Below, piece after piece: positions 27,617 through 36,888 of a stretch of DNA of 41,270 bases. A model generated the notes under the pieces. The model did not search any database. It saw nothing but the letters and a program-made list of their open reading frames with translations, and was not told where the DNA came from. Within the stretch, counting starts at the first letter, position 1, and the number at the start of each line of letters is the position of its first letter. This stretch comes from a virus. Its lineage: Duplodnaviria > Caudoviricetes. The DNA lies in the IMG/VR virus record IMGVR_UViG_3300032607_001644, positions 1 through 41,270 of that record; one strand, 5' to 3'. The translations under genes and the position numbers were made by a program.

Positions 27617-28057
27617 TTATTTTGTTTGCTCCAATCCATATACATAATAACTATTATTAAGATATCTTTTAACAATATCTTCTGTGATAATGTTCCATGT
27701 TTTTCCATCAAATTCTAAATTTATAGTTTTACCATTAGCTATAAAATCTCTTGCTGGCTGTTTTACTTTTAACGTAACGTCTCCTTTTGCAAATATAACT
27801 TTTAAATCTGGATCTACTACATCATTATCTTTTGCATTATTATAGTATATTCTTCCACTAAAAACGCCAGTAACAGGCACATATGTAAAGTTAGTTTGAT
27901 CAGAATTTTGTCCATATCCATAAATCATTGGACTAGATAATTGATTAATAACTCTTATTGGATCTTTATTAACTATAAAAGCCCTAGAAAAATAATCAAA
28001 AAATTTATCATATTCATTAGAAAATCTAGCTGCAACATCTGAACTTATATAGCTCAT
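27617..28057 (-). CDS. putative head-closure (stopper) protein
   Basis: 146 aa, beta-rich (FDGKTWNI); follows the adaptor-like gene. Confidence 0.5.
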   Translation of the reverse strand: MSYISSDVAARFSNEYDKFFDYFSRAFIVNKDPIRVINQLSSPMIYGYGQNSDQTNFTYVPVTGVFSGRIYYNNAKDNDVVDPDLKVIFAKGDVTLKVKQPARDFIANGKTINLEFDGKTWNIITEDIVKRYLNNSYYVYGLEQTK

Positions 28058-28065
28058 AAATTAAA

Positions 28066-28578
28066 TTATGAAATGAAATTATTTCTTCTACTTCTAGATC
28101 CTAGATCATCAAAAGCAAAATCTCTATAAAATCCTGGTATTGTGTCATCTCCAGCTACTTGCACAGGAGAGCTTTCATTGTTTCTATATTGATATACAAG
28201 ATTTTTAAGCTCATCGTATTCTTGTTTTCTTATAGAGATGTAATTTTTAAGTACTTCATTTGTGTTTATTTTTTGAACACTACCAATATCATCTTTTATT
28301 GTAATAAAATCTGTTGTAGCTAAACTTCCTGTGCTTTTAATTCTTAAATCAAAATAATAGACATTATACATTTTTTTAAATATATATTTTTGAACATCAT
28401 TTAAAGCTGGCAAAATCTCTAAACCCTGATCATTAATGGAGAAAGATTCATTCAAAAAATTGCTTAAACCGCCGATATTTCTTCTGAGCCATGCAGCGAT
28501 AGCTGATATACTAAAATCAGAAGGTTCGCCTAATTCTTCAAATATTTCTTGAGCAATAGAAGCTATGTAATTAGTCAT
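28066..28578 (-). CDS. putative head-tail adaptor
   Basis: 170 aa, helical; first gene of the neck block; GTGTAATT 6 nt upstream. Confidence 0.5.
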   Translation of the reverse strand: MTNYIASIAQEIFEELGEPSDFSISAIAAWLRRNIGGLSNFLNESFSINDQGLEILPALNDVQKYIFKKMYNVYYFDLRIKSTGSLATTDFITIKDDIGSVQKINTNEVLKNYISIRKQEYDELKNLVYQYRNNESSPVQVAGDDTIPGFYRDFAFDDLGSRSRRNNFIS

Positions 28579-28584
28579 ACACTA

Positions 28585-28592
28585 AATTACAC
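28585..28592 (-). promoter_or_regulatory. GTGTAA late-promoter motif
   Basis: GTGTAATT 6 nt before the ATG at 28578. Confidence 0.65.
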
Positions 28593-28619
28593 TATAATAT
28601 TGGTCTGCAATTCGTTAAT

Positions 28620-29489
28620 TTAAACTAAAGTTGAGAGTATTTCTTCCTTATCAAAGGCTTGCATTATGTTATAATTACATTGATGAGGCAAACCAGCAAA
28701 TTCTTTTTCCATTATTATTCCATCAATAGTATGAGTAAATATCTTAGATTGATCTTTAGCGATGATATTTTTATGTATATTATAGCCTAATTTATCTGGC
28801 GAAGTACCAATCCAACATACTGTCGAAGGAAGCATTAAGGCTGCTGATGCGTGTTGGGCGAATGAATCTATCAATAATCTTTTTTCAGTTAAGCCAAGTA
28901 AGCAAAAAAGTTCTCTAAAATGAGTATCAATTTTTTCAGTATTTTCGTAGCCAATTTGATCTCTTCGACCAATGTGAAATATATGATATTCATCTTTTAA
29001 TGAATCAATTAAATCTTTAACTAAAAAGTCTGGGAGATCTCTTGACCAATTATAACCTAGACCCTCATTTCCTCCGCCATTAGTTTGAATAATTATAGAT
29101 TTTTTGTTTCTATTGTATTTTCTTGCTGAATCAATTGCTTCTGCGTAATTTAAAAATAATCTAGGATTTTCTCCAGTATATTTTAATCCAAACATATTGC
29201 ACCATGATTCAATTAAATGTTTATTTTCTACTACATATTCGTTGCTTTGATATACTTCGTTTCCTAAGAATATAACATCTTTATTTTTAATAAAATCTTC
29301 ATAAAAGTATTGGGCGCTATTTGATCTATAAACTCTATAAACAAATGGATTATTAAGAAAGACTTCTGGATAAGGGCAAATTACTATTAATTTTCTATCT
29401 GGATAATTTTTACTTATATTTTCAGCTACAGCAGTTGCTGCTATATGCTTACCTATGCCACCTTGAAGAAAAAAAATTACTGTTTTCAT
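28620..29489 (-). CDS. GT9-like glycosyltransferase (complete)
   Basis: QGGIGKHIAATAV..YPEVFLNNP.V, HLIESW, LLIDSFAQHASAAL.LPSTVCW..T.P..GY. Confidence 0.8.
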   Translation of the reverse strand: MKTVIFFLQGGIGKHIAATAVAENISKNYPDRKLIVICPYPEVFLNNPFVYRVYRSNSAQYFYEDFIKNKDVIFLGNEVYQSNEYVVENKHLIESWCNMFGLKYTGENPRLFLNYAEAIDSARKYNRNKKSIIIQTNGGGNEGLGYNWSRDLPDFLVKDLIDSLKDEYHIFHIGRRDQIGYENTEKIDTHFRELFCLLGLTEKRLLIDSFAQHASAALMLPSTVCWIGTSPDKLGYNIHKNIIAKDQSKIFTHTIDGIIMEKEFAGLPHQCNYNIMQAFDKEEILSTLV

Positions 29490-29573
29490 GAACTTAATAT
29501 ATTATATTAATATATATATAAATTATCTATAAATTTTTCTTATGAAATAATTATTCAATATGTTTTCTTCATA

Positions 29574-31076
29574 TTAAAATGTAGGCATAGATAAAGAATT
29601 TATAACTCCAAAAACTTTAAAAAGCGTACGAGTTGATGAACTTGGTGTTACTAATAATCTAAAAGTAGTAGTTCCAGCAACTGGTTGAATAAAAAATCCA
29701 CTTGTTGAATGATAAAATCCACTTGCTATTTGGAATGGATTATCTGCACTTGATCCACTTGAAATTACTGTTGGATTATATACATTAATTGTCTCTCCCC
29801 CTCCTCCCCGCCTTGCGAGTACGAAATTAAGATTATAATTAGCAACTACTGGTTGAGGGGATCCAGTTCGAATTCCAATAATATTTAAGTTAACTCCCCA
29901 AACAGAGTTATCTAAATTAGTAAGAGCTCGTGATCCACTTATACCATCTAGCCACATTTCTTGTTGAGCGGTACTAGGAGTATCTATAAACCAATGATAG
30001 GTAAATGTTGAAGCCGAACTTACTGCTGGTGGATATGTTCCTAAGTAACTATTTCGCAAAGATATGCCACTATTAAAAGATGTTAGATTATTAAAAGTTT
30101 TATTTCCACTAATAATCTGAGTGCCAGTTCTTAAAACTGAATTTCCACTTAATGTATTAATCCTTGCATTAATATTATTTGAATCTGTTGTATCTAAATA
30201 TCCTATTATATCTCTCATTGGAGTCCAAAATGGAAGACCAGCGTTAAAGCTGCTAACATAAAATGCTTGTATGAAATTAGTGCTAACTGGAATTGTCGTA
30301 TACACTGCCCATCCAGGTCCTGGAGATGGTCTATAAAGAGTAACAGTTGATGTACTTGGAGTTGTTAAAGATAAATAAAGTTTATCTCCTGTTTGTGTAT
30401 TCGTACTTGGCAAACGTAAATCAAATGATGGTAAAGGTCCATTAAAAGTAAATGAGGTATAAACATTTCTTCCTCCAGATAAAAAATTAGAAACAAATGG
30501 ATCAAGGGAAAAAGATCTTGTTTCGATTATATGGTTTTCTTTTAAAAAATCTAAATTAGCCCCCGTCAAATTAAGATTTGCAACAGTAGCGTATGGAGTT
30601 AAGTTTACTCCAGTCAATACTGGGTTTCCAGAAATATAAGCTGTTCCGCCAGATATATAAACATTTCCACTTATTAAATTTATATCTGTTCCAGAAAAAT
30701 TAAATTCACTAATATTACTTAAATCTAAAGCATTAAAAATACCAGTCTCAGAAACTCGAAGATTACCAGAAATTGATACTCCCGTGGCAAAAGTTTTAAC
30801 CCCAGAAATAGTTTGATTGCCAGTTAAATTTACATATCTTAAATCTAATTCTCCAGTATTAGGTATTCCACTTGGTCCTATCGCTCCACTTGGTCCTATT
30901 GGGCCAATTGGACCCTGCGGAAGCACAACGCAGGCTTGAGTATCGTATGTTGGAGATGTAATAGTTGGGGATAAAGGAGGTGGTAAATTAACAAAGGCAT
31001 TTACAGATGTTGACGGAGAATTAACTTGAACATTCGTTCCGTTTGAAACAATAACGTCAACATTGATTTGATCCAT
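29574..31076 (-). CDS. virion fibre protein with a short collagen-like segment
   Basis: GPIGPIGPSGAIGPSGIP; two TGxQxISGxKTF motifs; S/T/G-rich. Confidence 0.65.
   Translation of the reverse strand: MDQINVDVIVSNGTNVQVNSPSTSVNAFVNLPPPLSPTITSPTYDTQACVVLPQGPIGPIGPSGAIGPSGIPNTGELDLRYVNLTGNQTISGVKTFATGVSISGNLRVSETGIFNALDLSNISEFNFSGTDINLISGNVYISGGTAYISGNPVLTGVNLTPYATVANLNLTGANLDFLKENHIIETRSFSLDPFVSNFLSGGRNVYTSFTFNGPLPSFDLRLPSTNTQTGDKLYLSLTTPSTSTVTLYRPSPGPGWAVYTTIPVSTNFIQAFYVSSFNAGLPFWTPMRDIIGYLDTTDSNNINARINTLSGNSVLRTGTQIISGNKTFNNLTSFNSGISLRNSYLGTYPPAVSSASTFTYHWFIDTPSTAQQEMWLDGISGSRALTNLDNSVWGVNLNIIGIRTGSPQPVVANYNLNFVLARRGGGGETINVYNPTVISSGSSADNPFQIASGFYHSTSGFFIQPVAGTTTFRLLVTPSSSTRTLFKVFGVINSLSMPTF
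30867..30899. repeat. 15-nt direct repeat encoding collagen triplets
   Basis: TCCACTTGGTCCTAT at 30867 and 30885. Confidence 0.8.
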
Positions 31077-31079
31077 AAA

Positions 31080-31454
31080 TTAAAAACTTGTAACTTCTGG
31101 ACTAACAATAAATTTTCCTCTTAACAATTTTATAGAATTTCCAGTAGGAATTCCTGATGGAAATCTTTCAATATCATAAACAAATGAACCTACTGGAATA
31201 CTTGTCATTGTATATGATGGAATATTTATATTTATAAATCCAGAAGCATAAAGAGATCCATTTGTTCCGCTATTAATAACTGGCGCTAAATCAACGATGA
31301 GTCCAGATATTCCTGTAAAGCCATAAGCATATCTAACAACTCCTCTTACATCGTATCCACTCAAATTAACTGGGGTATTATATTGATCTTTTACAGAAAG
31401 AGTTATTTGTAAATTGTCACCTTGAATTGTGCTTATATCATATGAAGTTGCCAT
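31080..31454 (-). CDS. BppU-N-like fibre adaptor protein
   Basis: IQGD..ITLSVKD..PVNLSGY...VYDIE...LLRGKFIVSPEVT pattern; GTGTAATT at 31461-31468. Confidence 0.6.
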   Translation of the reverse strand: MATSYDISTIQGDNLQITLSVKDQYNTPVNLSGYDVRGVVRYAYGFTGISGLIVDLAPVINSGTNGSLYASGFININIPSYTMTSIPVGSFVYDIERFPSGIPTGNSIKLLRGKFIVSPEVTSF

Positions 31455-31502
31455 ATAATAAATTACACTTTAATTAATTTATTTTTTTAATTTAATAAAT
31501 TA

Positions 31503-34500
31503 TTAAGAAGGTAAATAAGATCCAAGATTATTTATTGGTCTATTTGGACTCTTTGGATAAGTAGCTTCTACTGTTGAGGGAGAGATGTCTGGAGTTCCTT
31601 GTAGAACTTGAGCAACTATTCCATTATTAATATATCTGTCTACTGTAATTGCTTCACTAGTTGGAATAAATGCTTCGTTAAATTCGCCAATAACACTCCA
31701 GTAGAGAACTTTTGATGCGCTTCCTAATGCTGTCATTTTTAAAGCTTTATATGTGCTGTCCATTGAAACTTGTAATCCCCATGCTGCTGTACCAGTTGTA
31801 TTTGAACTTAAAACGCTATTATTAATTAAATGCATAGTTCCAGATCTATTTGCAGCTGATACTAGTCTAGTTTGAATCAAAGCGTTATTCAATCCTGTTT
31901 CAGAAGCAATTATATTAACTGTACCATTCCAGATTACTCCAGAAGGAATAAAAGCTTTGCCAGATACATAAGTTCCATCACTAAATACTCCGTCTAACAT
32001 CAACTCTGTATTTGCTACTCCACTAGTTATACCTTTCCAGAATAAATGAGTTTTTTGTGAGCTACCTGGCCAAGAAGTTCCATTTGAACCTCCTGCGATT
32101 GATACTTGATTTTTATTATAAGAAAATGCTTGATTGCCTAGCGCCATTCCACCTTCGTTATAAACTTTATTATTAGAACCTATTGAATAACCATTATTTC
32201 CAAAATTAACATTATTAAATCCAAAAATACCATTATTACTACCACCAGAAATTTGATTATTTGATCCAACAGTAGAACTATTAAATCCACTAGTATAATT
32301 GTAGAAACCGATAGCAGTAGTAAGAGTATTTTCTGCTATATTATTATTGCCTATTAAAACAGAATCATAAAAATAAAACCCAGTACCAATACCAAATTTA
32401 TTTCTTAAACCAAGTAATATACCATTTGTACCAATTGATACATTTGAATTTCCAAATAAATGATTGTCTACTGGTATGTAACTACCAGTTCCAAATCTAT
32501 ATATAGAGTTATTTATTCCAACTATTGTATTAGTATTTCCACTATCAATAATATTATTATTACCAAAAGCGGAATTAGATTGTCCATTATTTATATTTCC
32601 TCTTCCTAATGAGTTTAGGAAAGCTCCATTAGAACTATTATCATAACCAATAGTATTCGAGGTATGAGTTTTTGTGGCATTTTTTGATCCAAGTATGTTA
32701 GAATTTAATCCAAATCTTTCAGTATTAAAAAATCCAACCATCGCAGTATTTCTTTTCCATGTCGGGAAGTATCCACTATCGTTTATTCCAGAGAACGTTA
32801 GAATATATCCTCCATCTCCAGTTAAATAAAATCCACTTTCTGGTAATAAATTATTTACATTTCCTAATAATAGCGTTGGTCCAGCATTTTCTAATGCTGT
32901 ATTGTTATGACCCAATACGCTCATGCCTGCTCCAGTCACAAAATTAGTATGACCTATAAGAGTATTGTAACCTTGATAAAGTGGCCATGTTGCACTATAG
33001 AATGGCCATGGGCCTTTATTTAATGTCTTAACGTTTGGAAGTGTTAATCCAGATACTCCAGGACCATAAATTCCAGTATTGATATCTTCTGCTGCTGTGA
33101 ATACAGATCTATTGTTAACTCCAATTAAGATGTTTTGATGTCCACCATTATTATTTGCTCCAATTAAAACTGATGGGTTATATGCTCTATATAATTTTCT
33201 AGTGTTATTTTCTCCACTAATGAAACCAGAAATATCAACTGCATGAAATTTTGTTTGATTATTTGTTCCAAGATTTACCATTTTAACTCTATGGTAATAT
33301 GGCCATGGGAACTGCAAGCTTCCAGGAGCTACAGCAAATCCAGTATAATCATTATATTCTCCAGAAATTGCACCAAAGTAACCACTATTATATTCTTTAA
33401 CTTCTTGAGTGAAATCCACCATAAGTGGTGCTGGATCATTATTTAAATTTATAAATGGATAATGGAAAGTTCCATATCTAAAACCTAGACCTAATGTTCG
33501 TGGCATGTAATAATTATTTATTAAAGTTGTTCCATCATTTATAACGCCAATTCCTTCTAATTTAACAAATACGTCTCCAGAAACTTGATTAGCATAATTA
33601 TTTATATTACTCTTTGAACCAATGATGAATGAATTTGATACGCCATTTATCGTGTTGTTTGCGCCATTTAAGATCGCAGAGCATGATGAACCACATATTG
33701 TATTATTACATCCTCCAATTATAGCACTTGATGTAGATTGATCTAAAATTTTATTAAAATAACCATTTCCTATAAAATTTCCTCTAGGAATTTCATTCTG
33801 TATAGAGTTAAATTGAGTAGGATCATTAAATAAATCATAAGTTGTTACATCTATGCAGTTTCTAAATCCTCCACCCATGAAATTATTATGACCAATAACT
33901 CTATTACAATTTCCATTTATAAGTGTGGAATTTGAGCCAAGAAGATAATGACAAGAGCCATTTGCTATTAGCGAAAAATTTTCGTTCGTTTCACTAACTT
34001 GATTAGCATCCGCGCCTATTTTATTATTGATACCACCCAAAACAGTATTTAAAGCGCCATAAACTTTATTAAGACCTCCAGCTAATATTGTACCATTCCA
34101 ATGACTAGATTGACTACAAACAATATTATTATTTCCATTAATAAAATTATTATTTCCTCCCTCCGAAAGATTACTGTACCCAAACATAACTGTATTAGGA
34201 CTATTACAAATAGCGCTAGAGTTACCGAATATTCGACTATTATTAGAATTGCAAATAAAGCCATTATAACCAAAAACATTGCTATAACCAGCACCATTAA
34301 TAATACTTGCCCACCCCATAACGGAAGAATAATAACTATTAATAATACAATTTTCTCCCCCACCTAAAATTGAACTACAACTGCTAGCATTAATACAATG
34401 TGTTACGCCACCTAGAATTGAATTACCATTAGAATTTCCAACTATACCAGGATTAGAGTCTGAAACCCCAACTACGAAATTGTTCTTTTCGTCCCATAAA

Positions 34501-34784
34501 ATACATTTTGTATTACCACCAACAACAGTACCTTCATAAAGCTCATCTGATCCTTTTTTGATACGAAATACATCTGCTCCTACAGAAAATTCTGCAAATA
34601 CACCAGTATTACCTTCATCAAATAAATCATTAACACTTTCTCTTTTTAATCCATGTGGGTAAGAGTAAAAATAATCACCGACAGTAAAACCTAGAGCTTG
34701 ATCATATGTGGCCTCAAGAAAGCCATTTCCAGTATTTAATTGAAAATAATAATCACCTGTTAATAACCCTGTATAATTAGACAT
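31503..34784 (-). CDS. large beta-helix/beta-roll fibre protein
   Basis: Many ~14-15-aa repeats (S.I.GG..N.I; N...G..N), similar to YadA-head/Hep_Hag repeats; SD GGAG and GTGTAAAT at 34812-34819. Confidence 0.7.
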   Translation of the reverse strand: MSNYTGLLTGDYYFQLNTGNGFLEATYDQALGFTVGDYFYSYPHGLKRESVNDLFDEGNTGVFAEFSVGADVFRIKKGSDELYEGTVVGGNTKCILWDEKNNFVVGVSDSNPGIVGNSNGNSILGGVTHCINASSCSSILGGGENCIINSYYSSVMGWASIINGAGYSNVFGYNGFICNSNNSRIFGNSSAICNSPNTVMFGYSNLSEGGNNNFINGNNNIVCSQSSHWNGTILAGGLNKVYGALNTVLGGINNKIGADANQVSETNENFSLIANGSCHYLLGSNSTLINGNCNRVIGHNNFMGGGFRNCIDVTTYDLFNDPTQFNSIQNEIPRGNFIGNGYFNKILDQSTSSAIIGGCNNTICGSSCSAILNGANNTINGVSNSFIIGSKSNINNYANQVSGDVFVKLEGIGVINDGTTLINNYYMPRTLGLGFRYGTFHYPFINLNNDPAPLMVDFTQEVKEYNSGYFGAISGEYNDYTGFAVAPGSLQFPWPYYHRVKMVNLGTNNQTKFHAVDISGFISGENNTRKLYRAYNPSVLIGANNNGGHQNILIGVNNRSVFTAAEDINTGIYGPGVSGLTLPNVKTLNKGPWPFYSATWPLYQGYNTLIGHTNFVTGAGMSVLGHNNTALENAGPTLLLGNVNNLLPESGFYLTGDGGYILTFSGINDSGYFPTWKRNTAMVGFFNTERFGLNSNILGSKNATKTHTSNTIGYDNSSNGAFLNSLGRGNINNGQSNSAFGNNNIIDSGNTNTIVGINNSIYRFGTGSYIPVDNHLFGNSNVSIGTNGILLGLRNKFGIGTGFYFYDSVLIGNNNIAENTLTTAIGFYNYTSGFNSSTVGSNNQISGGSNNGIFGFNNVNFGNNGYSIGSNNKVYNEGGMALGNQAFSYNKNQVSIAGGSNGTSWPGSSQKTHLFWKGITSGVANTELMLDGVFSDGTYVSGKAFIPSGVIWNGTVNIIASETGLNNALIQTRLVSAANRSGTMHLINNSVLSSNTTGTAAWGLQVSMDSTYKALKMTALGSASKVLYWSVIGEFNEAFIPTSEAITVDRYINNGIVAQVLQGTPDISPSTVEATYPKSPNRPINNLGSYLPS

Positions 34785-34848
34785 TAAATAATCTCCATAT
34801 GTATTCTATTCATTTACACTAATTTCGACAAGAATAATGCTGTATTTA

Positions 34849-36108
34849 TTACCATTTGCTAAGAGCAGTTCTAACCCAATCGTTGGTTTTTCTGCAATAA
34901 TAAAAATAATTATTATCAAAAGCAAATTGCCCGCTAGTTCCAGCGCTATTTTCAGCAGATGGAATATATGAGCTTTGGAGTATTGTTTTATTTTTGATAA
35001 AAATACCGCTAGCAAAATCTAATGTTAAAGTATGAGGTCCAGAAGAATCATGATTTCGCACTTGACTATCGGCAATAATTGTTGCTCCAATATGTCCAGA
35101 GCATATTTTTGAATTACTACCAGCTAGAATAGAACTTTTTGTATCATAAATGCTATTATTCTCTCCATTAAGAATTGTTGAAGCGTAAATTGCTTCTACT
35201 CCTATATTACCTGGAGACTGATAAAAACTTCCAGAGATTATATTATTATAACCATTTGCAATAGTTGAAAAACCTGCATTTTTAATACAAGAGTTATATG
35301 AACTTAAAATTGTACTCCATTCGCTTTGTTCTATGGTAGAATTAGATCCATGCAATATACTTGAATAATCAGATTTTTTAATACAAGCTGAATCACCATT
35401 TACTATAGTAGAAAGATAAGATCCAGATACACTATTATAACTTCCAACAAGTATTGTAGAAGAACTTGAATTTTCTCTAATACAATTACCTCCACCACCT
35501 AAAATTAAAGAGTCATTAGAGCCTGTTTTTATACAATTTGAATCACCTACTAAAATTGTAGAAGCAGAAGAGCAGACTATATTATTGACTCCACCAAAAA
35601 TATTGCTACAATTGCTTGTAGCAATTTTATTATTACATCCCCCATGAATACCATTGATATAACCAGAGACAATACAATTATTATAACCGCCAGCTATTAA
35701 TGATGTATCCCCTAATATATAATTACTAACCCCGCCGCCTATGACATTTGTTCTCCCAAAACGAATACTCGCTGTATCTCCAATAAACCAACCTTTAACA
35801 CAATTTATTTTTCCTCCACCAATTACAGAGTCTGAAGATCGATCTATACAATTTGAAGATCCACCAATGATAGTATTATTTTTTAAATCACTTGAAGATA
35901 CCCCTACTGGAAAACTTCCTGGAGAGTTGCATATAATATTTGAATATCCTCCTAAAATAGAAGATGTACATCCAGATAAATTATTGTTAACTCCTAAAGT
36001 CAATGACCCAGAATCATTAAATGATAAACTTAATAAGTTAGATTGAACTGGATCTAATCTTCCATTAACTCCACTCGAAAGAAGAAAAATATTATATGCA
36101 GTAGCCAT
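34849..36108 (-). CDS. Cys-rich beta-helix fibre protein
   Basis: Many S.I.[GV]G..NCI-type repeats; C-terminal IP.....G.SGQ..D..Y.YYC....W.R..L module. Confidence 0.7.
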   Translation of the reverse strand: MATAYNIFLLSSGVNGRLDPVQSNLLSLSFNDSGSLTLGVNNNLSGCTSSILGGYSNIICNSPGSFPVGVSSSDLKNNTIIGGSSNCIDRSSDSVIGGGKINCVKGWFIGDTASIRFGRTNVIGGGVSNYILGDTSLIAGGYNNCIVSGYINGIHGGCNNKIATSNCSNIFGGVNNIVCSSASTILVGDSNCIKTGSNDSLILGGGGNCIRENSSSSTILVGSYNSVSGSYLSTIVNGDSACIKKSDYSSILHGSNSTIEQSEWSTILSSYNSCIKNAGFSTIANGYNNIISGSFYQSPGNIGVEAIYASTILNGENNSIYDTKSSILAGSNSKICSGHIGATIIADSQVRNHDSSGPHTLTLDFASGIFIKNKTILQSSYIPSAENSAGTSGQFAFDNNYFYYCRKTNDWVRTALSKW

Positions 36109-36111
36109 AAA

Positions 36112-36381
36112 TTAAAAATTCTCCAAAGAGATTCTTGACCAAAGACCAGTAGAAGTTCCATTTCCACTTAGGCAAATATACAAATGAGTTTGGTTCCAAG
36201 ATAATTGCCCAGAATATCCTATAGAGCCTTGAGAAGCTGGAATAGAACCAGCGCCAATTCTGACTCCTGCGTTAAGATTTACTTCTGAAACATTTCCAGT
36301 AATTCTAGGGTATCTAAGATCTAGCTGACCACTGTTGGTTAGCTGTTCTGTGAATATTTGAAGACCATTAAAAGTGCGCAT
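36112..36381 (-). CDS. small virion protein sharing modules with the neighbouring fibres
   Basis: GQLDLRY..ITGN plus IP.....G.SGQ....LYIC....W.RISL; GTGTAATT at 36391-36398. Confidence 0.65.
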   Translation of the reverse strand: MRTFNGLQIFTEQLTNSGQLDLRYPRITGNVSEVNLNAGVRIGAGSIPASQGSIGYSGQLSWNQTHLYICLSGNGTSTGLWSRISLENF

Positions 36382-36421
36382 CTTGTTTAGAATTACACTT
36401 TATATATAATTATTTTATATA

Positions 36422-36769
36422 TTACTTGCCTTCGGCTAAAACATCCCTAGCACTTTTACTCAACTTAATGTTGTTATTGTTTTGCTTTGGAACATTGTAA
36501 TTAGAAACGTGCTTCTTAAATTCTCTTACTAGTCTTTTAATTAGCGTCTCTCTATCATCAACTGGAATTAATCCAAATTTACTAGCATGAGTTTGAAGAT
36601 CGCTCTTATTCATTTCTTTTAATGTAATAAGATACTCAGATTCGTCTAGAGTCTTATACTTGCGGATTCCATCATCACCCCAGATTTGATCTAAACTCCT
36701 GTATTCTTTTCCTTCTAATTTACCATGAGTTTGAGACAATTCACCTATATTTTTTACTTTTTTATTCAT
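36422..36769 (-). CDS. hypothetical protein
   Basis: 115 aa; SD AAAGGAG; GTGTAACC at 36795-36802. Confidence 0.75.
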   Translation of the reverse strand: MNKKVKNIGELSQTHGKLEGKEYRSLDQIWGDDGIRKYKTLDESEYLITLKEMNKSDLQTHASKFGLIPVDDRETLIKRLVREFKKHVSNYNVPKQNNNNIKLSKSARDVLAEGK

Positions 36770-36832
36770 ATTTTTCTCCTTTAACCTTAAGAGTGGTTAC
36801 ACAAAAACCTAAAATAGGAGAATATATAAAAT

Positions 36833-36866
36833 AAAAAACCCCTAGGATTTCTCCTAGGGGCTTTTT
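36833..36866 (-). terminator. intrinsic terminator after the major capsid gene (possibly bidirectional)
   Basis: Stem CCCCTAGGA/TCCTAGGGG (36839-36860), GAAA loop on the minus strand, T-runs on both strands. Confidence 0.88.
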
Positions 36867-36888
36867 AATAATTGTTAACTATTAACTA

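Noticed and set aside
27616-27711. Track start for the 228-aa ORF
   Set aside because: It overlaps the upstream gene by 95 nt; the ATG at 27615, 1 nt after that gene's stop, fits the operon pattern.
29495-29525. (TA)n run as a functional microsatellite
   Set aside because: Short and within very AT-rich intergenic DNA; at most part of a weak promoter.
31503-36108. Diversity-generating retroelement or CRISPR-like repeats in the fibre genes
   Set aside because: The repeats are degenerate and at protein level only; I saw no near-identical DNA template/variable pair, reverse transcriptase or spacer array.
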